DNA of 64,000 nt. It comes from Stylophora pistillata. Lineage: Eukaryota. Under the pieces are notes generated by a model. The model saw only the letters and a list, made by a program, of their open reading frames with translations, made no database searches and was not told the origin of the DNA. The translations under genes were made by a program, and so were the position numbers. Position 1 is the first letter of the stretch. Each line of letters opens with the position of its first letter. The stretch covers positions 88,010 through 152,009 of the forward strand of contig NW_019218118.1 of assembly GCF_002571385.2 (NCBI RefSeq), written 5' to 3'. This document shows, in pieces, positions 35,739 through 49,800 of this stretch.

Positions 35739-36064
35739 ATTCCAAGCCTCTAAGAGACTTATTAGACTCTAGTGAACTGGAAGAAATCTGCGAACTTTTA
35801 GGCGTACCCATTTGTCGAGGACTTTCCTATGAGGTAATTGCTCATTGTTATGGTGCCAGCTACACCAAAATAAAAGCGTGGTTTCAGGATGGAAAATCAG
35901 AAGCAGTAATTGCAGGGTTGGTGGCTGAAAGGCCAGAACTGACGGTTGGGGAGTTTGCTACTGTGGTGAGGGAAAAAGCAAGGAGAACTGATGCTGCTGA
36001 TAAGTTAAAAGCATTTGATGCAAAGGCCACCAAAGAATCAACTGACATGGTAATGTATATTTAG
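35739..36064 (+). pseudogene. Orphan death-domain exon (paralog of 3164-3480); upstream TNFR exons absent
   Basis: SKPLRDLLDSSELEEICELLG..TVGEFATVVREKARRTDAADKL, intact acceptor; homology to copy A stops at ~35211. Confidence 0.75.
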
Positions 36065-37271
36065 TTGCTATTTGATATATCATAACTGAATATTTTGCCG
36101 TAAAATTTCTTTGAGTTTCATTGGGATTAACTTTGAAAATGGCCACGAGATGGTGCTGGTTCTACTCCTCAGGACCTCTATGTATGCGCCCACTTACCTA
36201 ACTGACATGTTTGGCAGAACATAGTTTGCTTCCTTTTTGTAGGCAGAATCTCAGCCTGGATTTAAGCTCAGCTGAGATTTGATCACTGTTACTTAACGTT
36301 GCTCATATGGGAAATTTCATTGTTGTTAATTTTCTAACGTGTCGTGATTGTTCTAAGTGGCATCTCATTACCTGGGGTGTAGTTGTCTATATGAGGTAAT
36401 TTTCGTGTAACAATTATCGTACATAGTTACGAATGAACATTTCCAACTGGTGACAGGGATGAAACTATTTGTACAAGGGTGAAACAGCTATCATTGTTTA
36501 GTGAAATGATTTTGAACGTTTTATTTTCTAATCTTATCAAGGGGATATTTTTAATGTTTTATTCTTTTATACTAAAAAAATGATTTTTTTCAAGTTTTAT
36601 TTCATGATATTAAAAAGAAAACTCTTTGTAAGTTGTATTTTTCATACTACAAAATATGATCTGACAAAATTCTGTTTTGTACTTGGAATGTTAAGTTAGT
36701 CGTATTTTGGACATCAAGCAACATGTGCAGGCACTGAGGTATCTAAGAGTGTACCTGTTATGCCGGCTTTATGTTTATCTGTCCATGTATACAATGTTTC
36801 CGTTGTCAAATATACAAAATCTGTCTTATCCTATGGATATGTCTATGGATGTTGTCTATGGAATGGAACATCACTCCATTTGTTCTTTTCTATCCAATAT
36901 TTAAATGGACTCTGTAGGGGTTTTTGAAGTTCTCCCAAACAGAATGAAGAAACCTGGCAGCCGCATTATTGTAACTGAGAAGTTTTACATCTTTCTTTAA
37001 GGTCAAGAACACCAAGCATTTTTGGTATTGTTTTAGAATTCGTAAATATGTCACTAGGTCACTATATTCCAATTTTTGTCAATTTTGCTAATTGTAAGAT
37101 GATTTTAAAAGTAGCAGGTTTCAATTGAACATTTCTAATTGTCTGACGTTAAATGAATTCAATGTTTGATACTCCTTCATCCATAAATTGTGTGTACTTA
37201 TAGATTCATTAGATCATTAATAGCATGATTTTCATGCAGCAAATGTGCTACCTGTAGAAATGAGAAGATGN

Positions 37272-37530
37272 TTATTAAAATTAATAAAGCTATATTTATA
37301 TAATATCATGCTCAATACAAGATTTCATTAAAAATGTGTCCCTGAACCTATTTGTTTTCCACCTTGGTGTTTCAAAACGCCTGCATCGTCTTAGATGGTA
37401 AGACGACTTATGGGCTGAGGGTAAAAGATTTCTTAACCGGTTACTCTTATCATTTAAAATAGAATTAAAGGTCTTCTTACAAATATTTTCATTGTAACGT
37501 TCAATGCTTGGTAGTTTAGTGCTGACTAAA
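37272..37530 (-). mobile_element. LINE 3'-end fragment
   Basis: LPSIERY..F.SIL..NRLRNLLP..YHLR..PRWKTNRFRDTF resembles a LINE ORF2 tail; next to an N at 37271. Confidence 0.7.
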
Positions 37531-38570
37531 GCATTTCCCGGGGTATAATACTGTAAAAACCTGTTCTGCGAGAACTTGTCCTGGTTCAAGTTGCATGAGA
37601 TGTCTATATGAGTATTAAAACTCTCCTTGGGTGCTTTTTACTTTATTGCATAGTTACCCTTGACATTTTTTTAAGTTTCTTAAAAAGTTACCAGCACCTT
37701 TTTATTGTCGTGGGCGAGGAGAGGAAATGCGAAAGTGCAGTGTATTTCTATCCCAATAACACAACACAAAGACCCAACCAAGACTTGACCACTCGGCTTA
37801 TCGTGAGGGATCTTGTGTACAGCCAGGTCATGCTATCTTTACTCCATGGAAAATGGTTGATAAAAAATCCATCTAGGTTTGAAAACAATAGGTGGAGAAT
37901 GGGGTGACCGACGATACTTGGGCTAAACCCTGGACTGGGAGGTACACTTTCAAATTCTGGCTAGGTCGATGAATTCCTCTCCGCCTAGAAGAATAAATGA
38001 GTACCACCGAGGTGTCAGAGAAACTAAGAAAAAATGCTAGGGGTAGCCTGTAATGAACTAACATCCGATCCAGGAGGAGTAGAGAAATTGCTAGTTGCTT
38101 CATACCACAGGAAATGGGAATAGATATCATATCACTCAAGGATCACAGGGGTTAGCCTCAACTGACCCAGCTCTTAAAATCAAGTCTAAGGGATAAGTTA
38201 ATGTACGATTTATGCTTTGATAGTGTTTCTCCTATCATGTGTTTTGTTTTTACGGCATGGCAAAGCGATTTATTGGTTCTATGGGAAAGGTTTAGGTAAC
38301 TAGCCCCAAGAAAGGTGTGCGAAAAAGATATCCTATATGTTCAAGGCACTGTGTTAACAAAGTAAGGTTTCAAACCTCTGGGCAGAACATTCCCATTGCC
38401 AGAAAGCATATTTCCGATCACTGCTTTGCTTATGAACTCATGACTGGTAAACTTATTCTACGTGATAACATTTTAAACAGACGGAAAGTAAGAATTGGCA
38501 CTGTAACACTTTATGCTTTTGGTGACTACCAAGAGTATCAAGAGTGACAATGCTAACTTCAACCAAAGCT

Positions 38571-41149
38571 TTAGTTTCCATTCACCAGCCATAGGTTTAC
38601 CTGAAAAACGAAAAGTGAGGTTAGAAATTAAAACCAAGAATGGAACCAAGTAAGGTTTGTATGGGGGTCTATGAGTTACTGACTGTAAAGTGTAACTTCA
38701 ATTTGCGCAGTGACTGATTGTTGCAATAGTTAAGTCATCAGAAAAGTAATCAGTAGATACCAGGAGTATTTCATGAGAATTTCCAGTGTTGTCACCTCTA
38801 ATCAGATGCTGGTATTAAACTCAGTTGAAAAAAATTTATTATGTAAGATCAAAATAAACTCGGAATATAGAAATGTCTTAAAACAGAAACTATTACTTTC
38901 TATTGCATCGCAGATTGTGCAAAGCAGTTTACTTTCCCGACGAATTAAATGTTATAAAATTACTTAATAGCTTTCTCATAATAATGGATTCTTAAGAGCT
39001 TTTTTTTGTTATTTTGTTGTTATCGTAAGCTGTTCATTAAAAATTACTCTAAAGGAAATGAGACTCACCCAAAAAGCGATGGAAAAGTACAGGGAGCACT
39101 GTGTCTCTGCATCGATGGCTAAGGTGATTTTTCCTTGTTGTTGACAAGGGTCTTCGGAGTCACCAACATACTGGACTCGGAAATGGGACTTGGCACCTGG
39201 TACCACTCGATTGTTGCTTTCACATTCAATGTTGGCAACTCTGAAAACCTTAAGTATCAGCAATTGATCAATTTGTAATCAATCAATCAATCAATCAATC
39301 AAGCCTTGAAAAGCACAATTTAAAGAGAAGTTGAATCCCCTATTTGCTCGACAACAGAAGGCTTATTGACAAGAAATGGTAAGAAAACAAAGCACAATAG
39401 TGTCTACTCTTGATTCTAAAGAAATAGGGGGTGTCCAAAAAGATCTGGACACCTATAGAAACTAAATGTTTGGTGAAGGTTCTAAGATATAAAAATATGA
39501 AATATTTCACGAATACCATCATCTGGTGTAAAGATTTTACTTTATGAATTTTAAATATGTTTGTACTTACAAAGTCTCGGCCTCTTGCATCCACAGGAGT
39601 GACAAAGGTTTCTCGCTGGTGATCCTCAATTTGAAACGAAATTCTGATTTGCTCGCGAACAAATACAGTGTGAAAATCTTGGCTTCTTCCATTGTTTACG
39701 CAAAATGAAATTTGTCTTGTTGAGTAAGCTTGCCTGGTCCCCTCATCTACGTAACTCTGGCGAATTGTGTCATACACCTGTAGGAAAAAAACTGGGCATG
39801 TCAAGAACTATTTGACTTTGAAAACTTCCAACTAAGAAGAAATATAAATTACACTCACCTGCCAATCTTTCTTAGGGATCATATAAAGTATAAACAACTT
39901 CTCTTTCCTCTCGTGGTGGGTTCTTTCGAATAGGAAGAGCACCACTGTTAATCCAGCCGATGGATGCTGAACCGAATGGTGACACAGATCTGCGATGGAT
40001 ATCGAATGAAGTTAGATGTGTTCATAACGTAGATGCAAATTAGCCTAGTTGTGACGTAGTTTAGTCCGTAAAAATATCGATTAGATGTACATATTGAAAG
40101 AGTTTCATGTAACTGAACAAAACTTGCAAAACTTATCTCATGCTTAATTTTACTTTTACGTCGCTCAACGTCAAAATGGAAGGTAAAGCGGATTTAAAGT
40201 TAGAGACTTCTCTGGATGGAGCAAGATTCGGTAACTTGTACATGTACAATTACATGAGCTTTGAAGGGGTTTTAATTCGATCACTAATTTGACGGGTTGA
40301 ATATTGCTGCATTATACTTCTCAAATCGACAAATCAAAATCCTAACTCCTGAACTGTAAACGGAAAGAGCAGTACAATCTGCACACGCCATCTTTGAACA
40401 CAACACCTCAAAGTTATCGAACTTACTTATTACAGGGATTTTATCTCGCTGAGATCCAGATGAAACTGTTGTTAAGGATGCTGCTTGCGTCGAGGTGCTG
40501 CACGCCTCATCTTCTAGGGACACACTGGGGAGCGAAGGCAAATGTCCACTGTACGACTGAGGGACAACGCTTAATAATGTTTCTTCCGTTCTGGTCGGAT
40601 TTACGTGCGATCTGTTGAATTTTCCTTGCTGAGTGCGGTTCCGAACTATCGCTTTACCACATAGCCGACAGACCATTTCAGGTGCAGCGTTGGGCGTCAA
40701 ATTAGGTTGCCCTTCACAACTACAACAACGCAATTCATTTTCTTTAGGTGATTGTTCTGAAAGCTCATTCCTATGTGCTGTCCTAGCCAAGTTTTCCTCC
40801 AAGTTGGAGTCGTCGTCAGATTTATTCTGTGCATGACTCCCTACAGCGAGGAGCCCCTCGTTGTTACCTTCACTCTCTAGGGACTCATCTCTATTTCCAT
40901 CGTTCTACGAAATGAAATGAATATTGTTGTTGCAGCCATCGGTAAAAAATCTTCTATTTATATTAAAACGGAGAGTACCGAAAACGAATTAATTTAAAGT
41001 TAGTGATGCGAATGTAATAACTGTTTCGAAAGTGAAGCAATTAGAGAAAAGCGGCCGAAATAGACCGACAAATTAGAAGCGGAGAGGGAAAATCACTAAC
41101 AGTGTTTAGAATTTACCATATTGTGTTTGTTGTTGTCTGCTGCAGCCAT
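38571..41149 (-). CDS. Disordered N-terminus + UPA-like protein, copy B (~352 aa). Exons 41149-41117, 40904-40427, 39989-39859, 39777-39571, 39248-39069, 38600-38571
   Basis: Paralog of 8405-10973; open frame and conserved splice sites. Confidence 0.75.
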
Positions 41150-41257
41150 TGCTTCTGTTTGTTTCCAACCTCAATTCAATCTTCAAACCAGAAATGATGT
41201 AATCCCTCGAAAGACGAAAACTAATCTTTATTCTCGTGACCCACTCTTCGTACTTTG

Positions 41258-41285
41258 ATTGGTTGTCGCCTTCCGGGGAATCCCC
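41258..41285. promoter_or_regulatory. Inverted CCAAT + NF-kB site GGGGAATCCCC (41275-41285)
   Basis: Retained although the spacer between the two motifs is shorter than in copy A. Confidence 0.72.
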
Positions 41286-41321
41286 CTCGTCAGACAGATT
41301 TCAAGTCCACCCTATGACCCA

Positions 41322-41575
41322 TCCCACCCCAGGGGAGGACATCCATCACACAGTAATCTCGTGTGTGGGAAATTAAAGTCTCCTACCCCAACCCTGCAGG
41401 AGACAGGACCTCTATTTATTCGTCCCTATCCGAGACGACTAGAATATCTAACCATTTCTTGATGTTATAGAAAGGTAGCTTTTCTTCTCAATTATTTTAA
41501 GACCCTGAGTGTTGGTCGGCCGGGGCTCGAGCCCTCGACCTCCCGTATAACAGCTCTATCCATTGAGCTAACCGG
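41322..41575 (-). mobile_element. tRNA-derived SINE (partial)
   Basis: Minus strand ggttagctcaatggatag (A-box) ... gggctcgagccc (B-box-like); body matches the 54930-55280 element. Confidence 0.75.
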
Positions 41576-41759
41576 AGCTCGTTTCTTTGTACCATGCACC
41601 AGCATTTGACATACAGAGGGTTGATAAATCCTTTCTATTGATATCAAATTTATTTCAGAGCGAAAGATCCTGCGCAGCATTTATCTCCTCCTTAACATGT
41701 ACACTATTTTGATTGTGACCACCTTTATTATTTTATGATTTTTTTAATCTTTTTTATAG

Positions 41760-43942
41760 GTTGGGTCAGTGTCTTCAGTCATACTTTGTCAGGAAGACCA
41801 TCGTGGACATGGCCTTTCCCTGGTGCTTGACAGCATTACAACTCAAGCATTTAGCTTCGGATTCAGCCTCCTGATTCTTTACTTTGTCTACAGCTTTTTT
41901 TCATTTGACAGCCGTTTGGTCGACAGAGACCAGTCAGTGAACCGTTGTGAACCTAAACATAAACAAACAACACAGTCTGGTGAGTGACAAAAAGACAGCA
42001 AGATATTTTGTAAACCGTACCCCCCTTTACTTGATAATTAAGTTTAATTTTTTTAGTGTTTTTGTTTTAATCTATTAGCTAGCAAAAGCGACGTGCTTTC
42101 TGAATATCCAGTGCGACGAAGTGCTTCGCATATACTATTTCAGAGGACTGGGGTGGAAGTGATGGAAATGAAGGTTCCTAATGGATTGACACTCAACGAT
42201 GAATGGACGCCGAGAAATTTGATGTTGCAAGCTTTCCCTGAAGCAGTGCTGCCTGACCATCTACAGGAAGATGAATTGCCTCTAAGCCCAGTATATAAAT
42301 TTGTTTCAAGGGCTATGAAGTTGGACAGACTACTGGAAGTTTGGATACCTCATGGTGCAAACATTGTTTTGACAGGCGAAAACTGGAGTGTAATGTTAAA
42401 GGAGTATGAAAACGACAGTTGGTTAACTGTTGGCAAAACTAGTAAAAGTAGCAAAACACAAGAATCAGAGAACTTTGTTTGTAAAAGCAATCATGTAAGA
42501 TTCAAGACTGACCATTTGTCAACTTTCAAATTAATTGGGAAGATTGATACGTCAAAGTCGACTTTTGTATTTAAAAGAATGAAGGTTGTAGCATTCTGCA
42601 GTGAAACCAGAGTTGGAGAAGACCTTGTTGTAAGAGTTTACTGCTTCGATGATTGTGAATGGTCTTTTGAGGTATGTTTTCATTTTATGTTGATTTAGAA
42701 GAGTGTTACTGTGCACTCTACTTCATAACATAGCACCACAAAACTGCCATTCAAACTAGAATACTGGTGCCAATTAATGTGCATTCTATGCAGATAGGAT
42801 CTTAAACAAAAAGGTTTTAAATTGTTTTAGGGGGCTTTTGATGTAAAGATCTGGCTATACTTTATCATTTTTTTTTTTCAATTAGCAATACGATTTGTAA
42901 TTCTCCTTGAAAAAAGGTCTATCACAATCACTGAGTGACTTTAGGTAAATGTTCTTTGCTAATTTTTGATGCTTATAGAGGATGATGCGAACGGAGCAGA
43001 AGACTGGAGGAAGACTCATGTCTCCGATCGAATCTGTCAGCTTTTCTGTTACCAGTGGAAAGGATGTTGACATATCAGTAAAAAATCTTGCAGGCTGGCA
43101 GATGAAGAAGGCATCTCCACTGGTATTGCCAATAACATTTCATTTGCATTCTTAGGCACACCACTCACCACTCACGGATTAAGAATACAACACAGTTTTA
43201 AAAACTGTGTTGTATTCTTAATCTGACTCGTCTAGTATTTTTCTTCCTTTAGATTTGATTTAATTTTGATTGCATATGTAGGAGAAATGAGAAGAAAGAT
43301 GCAGTAAATTACCATCTCTGTCAAATTCTGTATCTCATGCCTTTTCTCTATAACTTGATTTTAGCAGAGGCTTCTCATCTCATCGAAGGAATTCGCAATT
43401 TTTATCTATTTTTCGTTAGGTTATTCCATAAATTTTCCAGAAGTTGAATAATATTGCTCGTGAAATTCTGACATTGAAATTCTGACATTGAATTCTAAAT
43501 ATGTTTTTCATTTTAATTTTAGAAATTCAGCTATGAATCATTGAGGAACTCGTTTAACGTAATTCCTCGGTGTGATCTAGTATTCCAAAATTGCAGGAAG
43601 ACACTAAGCACCAGCATTTTTGTTGAAATGGTATTAAATCATGAACCATCAGGTGAAACAACAATCTACGCATCTGCATCGTTAAAAAAGGTATGGATGT
43701 ATCTAGCCCATATTTTAACTCTCTTACCTTTTACGGCCCGACAAACATTTCTGAGGCCAGCGCGAACAGTAACGCAGAGGGGGAGTGGGGTCAAGAAGGG
43801 GTTAAGGCGAGACAATACAAACCAGCGTATAGACTTAGTATCATTGAACGTATTTAACTTTGAGTTCATTTGTGTTCGTTTCCTTTTATAAAGATACTAG
43901 ACTCTCACTTGTGTTTTTTTAATCATAACGATAATGATAATA

Positions 43943-43973
<31 letters not shown>

Positions 43974-44722
43974 GATGTATTCATGCAAAACGACCATTTC
44001 ACTTAAAAAAACTGCTATCAACATGGGTCCTGCGTAAAATAAGGAAATGCAGAATTAATAAAATTACAAAGATAAATATGCAAAAATTAAACAAACTCTA
44101 TAAGAATCTAAAAATATACATATAAAAAGACATAAGAGGATTAGAACTAGAGTCATACACAATTATTAAAACATCTGCCCCTTTACAAAAAAACGCTCTT
44201 TCTTCGATCCTGAATTAACCCTATCGATGACAAGTTTTTTCCTATTCCTAATGTCGTAATGATGAATATTATGTCTTTTAAGTTGAAAATATTTGGAGAA
44301 ATAACTTGAGGCCATTCCCTAGAGGCACCTCTCAACCAGTTTAACGAAGTGGTTTCTCTTCTTCTCGTAAGAGTGACAAATTAGATAAGCACCTAACTAT
44401 GCTAGTTTAACTTCCTGTCAAAAGGATTTTGCTGATGTTCAAATTTGTAATTTGACATCGTCGCACTAAATTTCGAAGAAAAGTTGAAGTCTACCATCTG
44501 TTTGGTCAATTTGGTATACTTAGCCTAGCTGATAAATTTTCTTTCTATTTTCTGTAGAGAATTTTAGGAGATCCTTTGGTAAGAGCACTTGATCCTGAGA
44601 AAGTGGAAGAGTAACAGGCAAGTACTGAATGTATGGCTGACGTTAAGTTGATTGATATCATGTTTTAACCGTAACTTATTCCTTCTTTTCCTAGGTCATA
44701 CACGAACCTTTGGCGACCCTAA
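41760..44722 (+). CDS. TM-ZU5-UPA gene copy B lacking the signal-peptide exon. Exons 41760-41979, 42079-42671, 42979-43122, 43523-43690, 44558-44610, 44695-44722
   Basis: Paralog of 11398-15517 with open frames. The region holding exon 1 is replaced by a SINE, so the start codon is uncertain. Confidence 0.65.
43923..44325 (-). mobile_element. LINE 3'-end fragment with (TTA)n tail
   Basis: Minus frame GMASSYFSKYFQLKRHNIHHYDIRNRKKL..RAFFCKGA; (AAT)n run at 43923-43973. Confidence 0.6.
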
Positions 44723-46867
44723 TAGTTAAAATGTTATAATGAACATAAATATTTAGGAAACATTATTGAGTGGTACAATGAGTGTTTCAGTCATAACTGG
44801 TAGAGAACAGGAAACATAATATGATAGCAAATCCTTAATTCAATAGTCAACGCTTTTATATATCGATGAACGTCTACTGATACTTTTCGGAAACTTTCAA
44901 ACTAAACTTCGTTTTCACGGCATAAAAGTATAACTGTTTTTCAGAAGTAATGCTCAAGACACAGTTTAAAATAATTTCATTTTTAGTTATTGGTGATAAA
45001 AGTATTGTATGGCCACCCAAATTTACAGAAGCCTGTTATCTCATTCGAAAACATTTATATGTTAGCCAAAATTGCATGTTAAGGCTGGGATAACAATCAT
45101 GAACATAACTTTTGTTCACAGAAGTATAAACGATCCAGAAGGATTAGCCCTACCAAACTGATCCCACCTTCAGTATTATGAGGTGTGAAGGAATATTGGT
45201 AACCCTTCTTGGAAGGGATGTTTGTCCATTTATCATAGAGCTACCTTCCAGCATTTCAGATTACCTGACAGTTTTCCCCTGGGTAGAGGGAGAGATTGTT
45301 TTCTTACACTACCCGGTGACCTGGCCTGGGTTCGAACCTGGACGTTTCGATACGGGGCGCTCTAGGGAAAAAATATCCTGCTTATTCCTCTGCAAGTGTA
45401 GCAATTTCCTATATATGAATACTATACTATATATGAAATCAGTAATAAATGTCAATTAGAAAATACTCGTCACTTTATTTTAATCATCATCAATCTTGCC
45501 TTGTAAAACACTGGCTGCGATGGCGGCTGCTTGCGAGTGTCATTGCAACCAAGATATTTTATACTACTTAATGAGGTCTGTGCCTAATGAGAAAGGCAAC
45601 TATTTCAAGACCCTGGTTGTACAGGGCTGGAGAACAATACAGTATGAGCAGGCTCAGTGCAAATTAGTGGACAAGTTGACGATGGACTGTACTGTCGACT
45701 TCACTCAATGGCTATGGTGGGAATCAAAGCAGAACTTTTCAGGGAAATATCAAAACTTCAACTCACTAACACAGCTCAGGGGAAAAGCAAAACAAAAACA
45801 AACAATTGTTTATTTGAATTTAGCTAACAACAGCTAACTATATATTATTCACTTCTTCTTATAAATTTGCTATGAAATACGAAATTCTTTTGATGTACAA
45901 ACATCACATCATAAATAACGGGCATCCTTTACACGTGGCGACCATAATCAAACATCCGTCCCTGTCTTAGCGCTTCTATTCTCAGAAGTGATTAACTTGT
46001 AACTTCTCCCCAGAGTATCCATACATTATTCTGCAAACAGGTAGTGAGAATACCCAAACTTACCAGGTAGAGGTTGTTATCCTGATCTAACAACAAATTC
46101 TCGTAACAAGGAAATGTCTAGGAGCTAGAGGAGAGAATTCGTAATTAGATCTTGAGAGTTAAAGGGTTAATCACAGGAGAGACAGCACAATGCTTAAGGC
46201 ACCAAATATACCAATATTCTTACAACACAAGTATAACATTATATCAATATATACTGTAAGAGTGTGACTGTATTATAATTTTAACAATAGGATAATGAAC
46301 TTAGCCAGTCAGTCTCGTCTTTAAATACAGAATGATTCAAAAAGTAGAAATTTGCCAAGCACCCAGCACCTGGCGCAGCACAATTGACTAGCCCCATATA
46401 ATTACCAAATTGCAAAGTTTGTAGGTCGTAGATTGAAAAGTTTTTACATTAATTTTAGCAAGATGAACAAACAAATTTTGAAGTGCATGTTAGAAACATT
46501 TCAAACACATTAGCCAAAGAATTGGTCTTCTCCGCAATCTTCTGAGTTATGCTTGTGCACAAAATAGTGCTCAAACAATGACACAAAAAATGAAAATAAA
46601 AATAATCCGCCACACAACTGAAACAATTGTGACAGTGAAAAGGGTTATGAAAACACTGGTTGCCCAAAGCTTGTTCTCTCCACAAGCGGTTTTTTTTTTA
46701 TTGTTTTTGCTTTGTTTTTCTTGTTTTCTTTTTTTTTTTCAAGTAAGTTATACAATATTGTAGAGATGTAAGGCTCAGTTATCGTTAACTGAAGACATAT
46801 AAAGCAAAAGTATAAGTAAAAATGCTTAATGTGATCAGTTGAACTGCGTGGAATTTGCAGATCTTCA

Positions 46868-49800
46868 TCAGTGTCGTTTTTCCTGCAAGATAGCAGCGGC
46901 CCCTTGGTTTTCACGCTGGCTCTTCATTATTTCGATGACAAGGTCTAAGATGTTTCCCCTGGTCTGAATTGTATGCAACAAAAAGGCATTGCGGTCTCTT
47001 TTCCTTGTTATATTCTGTATCTCTTCCAAGTCCCCACTGTCGAAAATCTTGTGTTGGTAAAGGTGATCACAGACAGAGATTGGATTCCCAATATTCTCCA
47101 GAAGAGAAACATGGCATGAACGCAACACTTCCCTGTCTTCGTCGGGCATGAGGGTGACTGCATTGAGATTAAGAGGTTAGGCAATTAGAGTTGTTTTAAG
47201 ATTAGTTTGTAAATATCCATTCAGTGAAGAGAACCCAGCGTCCTTTTTAGCTTATAAGTTTATACTTGCATACTTATCTAAAATGCTTAGACTTTGGCGC
47301 AAATAGTCTCGCTAATACTTTTAATATTTACTGGTAAAAAAACACACGTTGGTTTGCAAACTACAAAAGAAAAATGTTTTCATTGCACAGTGCGTTATGA
47401 AGGTCCTTATTATAGCGGGGTTACAAGCCGGTTTCTTGAATAAAGGGGCATGTCTCAAAAACCAAGCACCTCCTTTTTTCAGAGACTTCTGGAATTTTAA
47501 GTTTTACTCAACGAATTTGAACAAATTGCCAGCGAACTGTAATATCATTACCTGCATGTGCATTAAAAAGCCAAGGTGATATATTTGCTTCGTAGTACTG
47601 AACAAAAAGATAGAATCAGGTAAAACATAAATATTTCTGTTCATAGAAGCGTAAGTTCAATGATCAGCATTATCCTCAAAGGCATATGGGGGTCTTTGGT
47701 TATTTGATAAAATAGACAAGGCAAAACATCTTTTCTTTTCAATATATGTGAGGTACTCCATAATAGAGACAAATAAAACATTCCACTTAGAGTGTCAATG
47801 TTTTGTAAAAATAAAAATTTTCAGAATAAGTAACAACAGCTGGTATGACATGCAACATATAGACGGATGATCCACGACAATAAGACTTATATTAATAACA
47901 GAAATGAGAAATGAAGAAAATAATAATCAAGGATGATGATTGACCATTTCCCTTATGAAGCTTTTTCTAGTTGAATACAAACAAGAGGGAAACAAACATA
48001 CATTCATGTAACTAAGATGTAACTGTCTGTGAGTAGTGGTATTTCTTTCCTCGCGAAAGAATTATAACAAAGACAGTGCGCTAATAGTAACAAGGAACAT
48101 TCAACAGTCTAAGCTTTTTAATCAACTTACCGCTATGGGAAGCATAAAATGGAAAGATTGGCTTCCAGATTGGATTCCTATGCGAATGTTATCCTCAAAG
48201 AGTTTGTCTTTTCCCCCTGTACATCTGGTTAGTACGTCTGCTGAAAATCCACATCCGACGCGATCTTTACTCCTTGATAGGATCTCCGTGACATTTGCAA
48301 TTATCTGCAAGACGCAGTGTCAAATAATACTGTGAATAAAGGAGTAGGACAGACATCCTGTTCGCTCAAATCTGTAAAATAAGGATATCACATTGAAGAC
48401 AAGCCACCACTTGGACAATAACGTATCACGTAATCCCATGATTAGTAAAACCTGTGGGGGGCAAAGGTGAAAATGAACTCTATCCGAAAGTAACAAGTAT
48501 CGTCATTTTGCCAGCTACATCGGTGGAGCAGTTTAACTGCTAAAGTCATGAGTTGTTCATCAGATCTAAACAAAAAGGTGAATTTATATGGCTTTGTCAT
48601 GTGTTTATTATTGTATCATGCTTCTAATTGTCAGTTAATCCACATCCGACGCGATCTTTACTCCTTGATAAGATCTCAGTGACATTTGCAATTATCTGCA
48701 AGACGCAGTGTTTGTAAATTTGACATAACCAGACAAGTCCTGAACAGAAACATTAAAACTATAACTAAGACATTTATAAACTGTCAAATAAATAACTCAT
48801 AAAATTACAACAAGAAATAATACTCAAAGGCAAATAAAACTAGAGAATTAAGACTGGTTTTCAGCGAGAAGGTTTTATATTATGTTAATTAAACGTATAT
48901 AAATATTACAATATTAACTTTACGGTTTAGATATAAGCAGTGATCGATAAAATTTTAAAACTTCGACATCCAAAGAAACCTACCTCAGACGGGGAAACAA
49001 TCGAGAAGTTTTCACCACCGACAATTTCAAATTGAATCTTACAAATGCCATCAATCCAGACACGATGAAAAAGGGAATTTGGTTTCATTAGTTTTTCTTC
49101 AGCCATTGGGAACTCCGTGGCATGGCAAACAACAGCTTCGTATTGCTTTATTTTGGGAAACCTCTGCAACAAATTAAACAAATATGGTTACGAGCAGGCG
49201 ATTCGAAGGAAAAAACTCTTTTCCTTTTTTTTTTGAGGAGAAAGTCACTAGAGAAAAAATAATCGCACAACCAGCAATAGTACAATAAATGACAAATATC
49301 ACACGCATCGTTAACTTTACACATCTGTATATCGTAATAGCATACATTTAATTTCACGTAATATGTATACAAATATATTAAGTAGTTATTTGTAACATAC
49401 CTTCTGGAAGTCATCAACAGGAATGATGTAAAGTGCGTGACAAAGATCATCTCTTGCGATGATTCCTCTTTTGAAGAGAAATAAAAAGCACAGTTTTCTG
49501 GACCCAGGACTCGTTTCAGGATCGTCTAAGGAAAATTAAGTGTATTAACATACATCGTTATCGATGAATATACCTTAAAAACGCGAGCATTATGAAATAA
49601 TCAAAACTTGACATCATCAATAATTGGCATTATCTGGTTTCAACTTGGCTAAGTTACCTTTCGGATTCTATCATCTTATAACACGAGAATGCCATAGGAA
49701 AAAGGACCCCAACAAACGAATACGATCATGACCCTAAGGTATGTTTGGTTCTGAAATTTCTTAACGGCGAATTATATACAGTGTTTGTTACAAATGCCGG

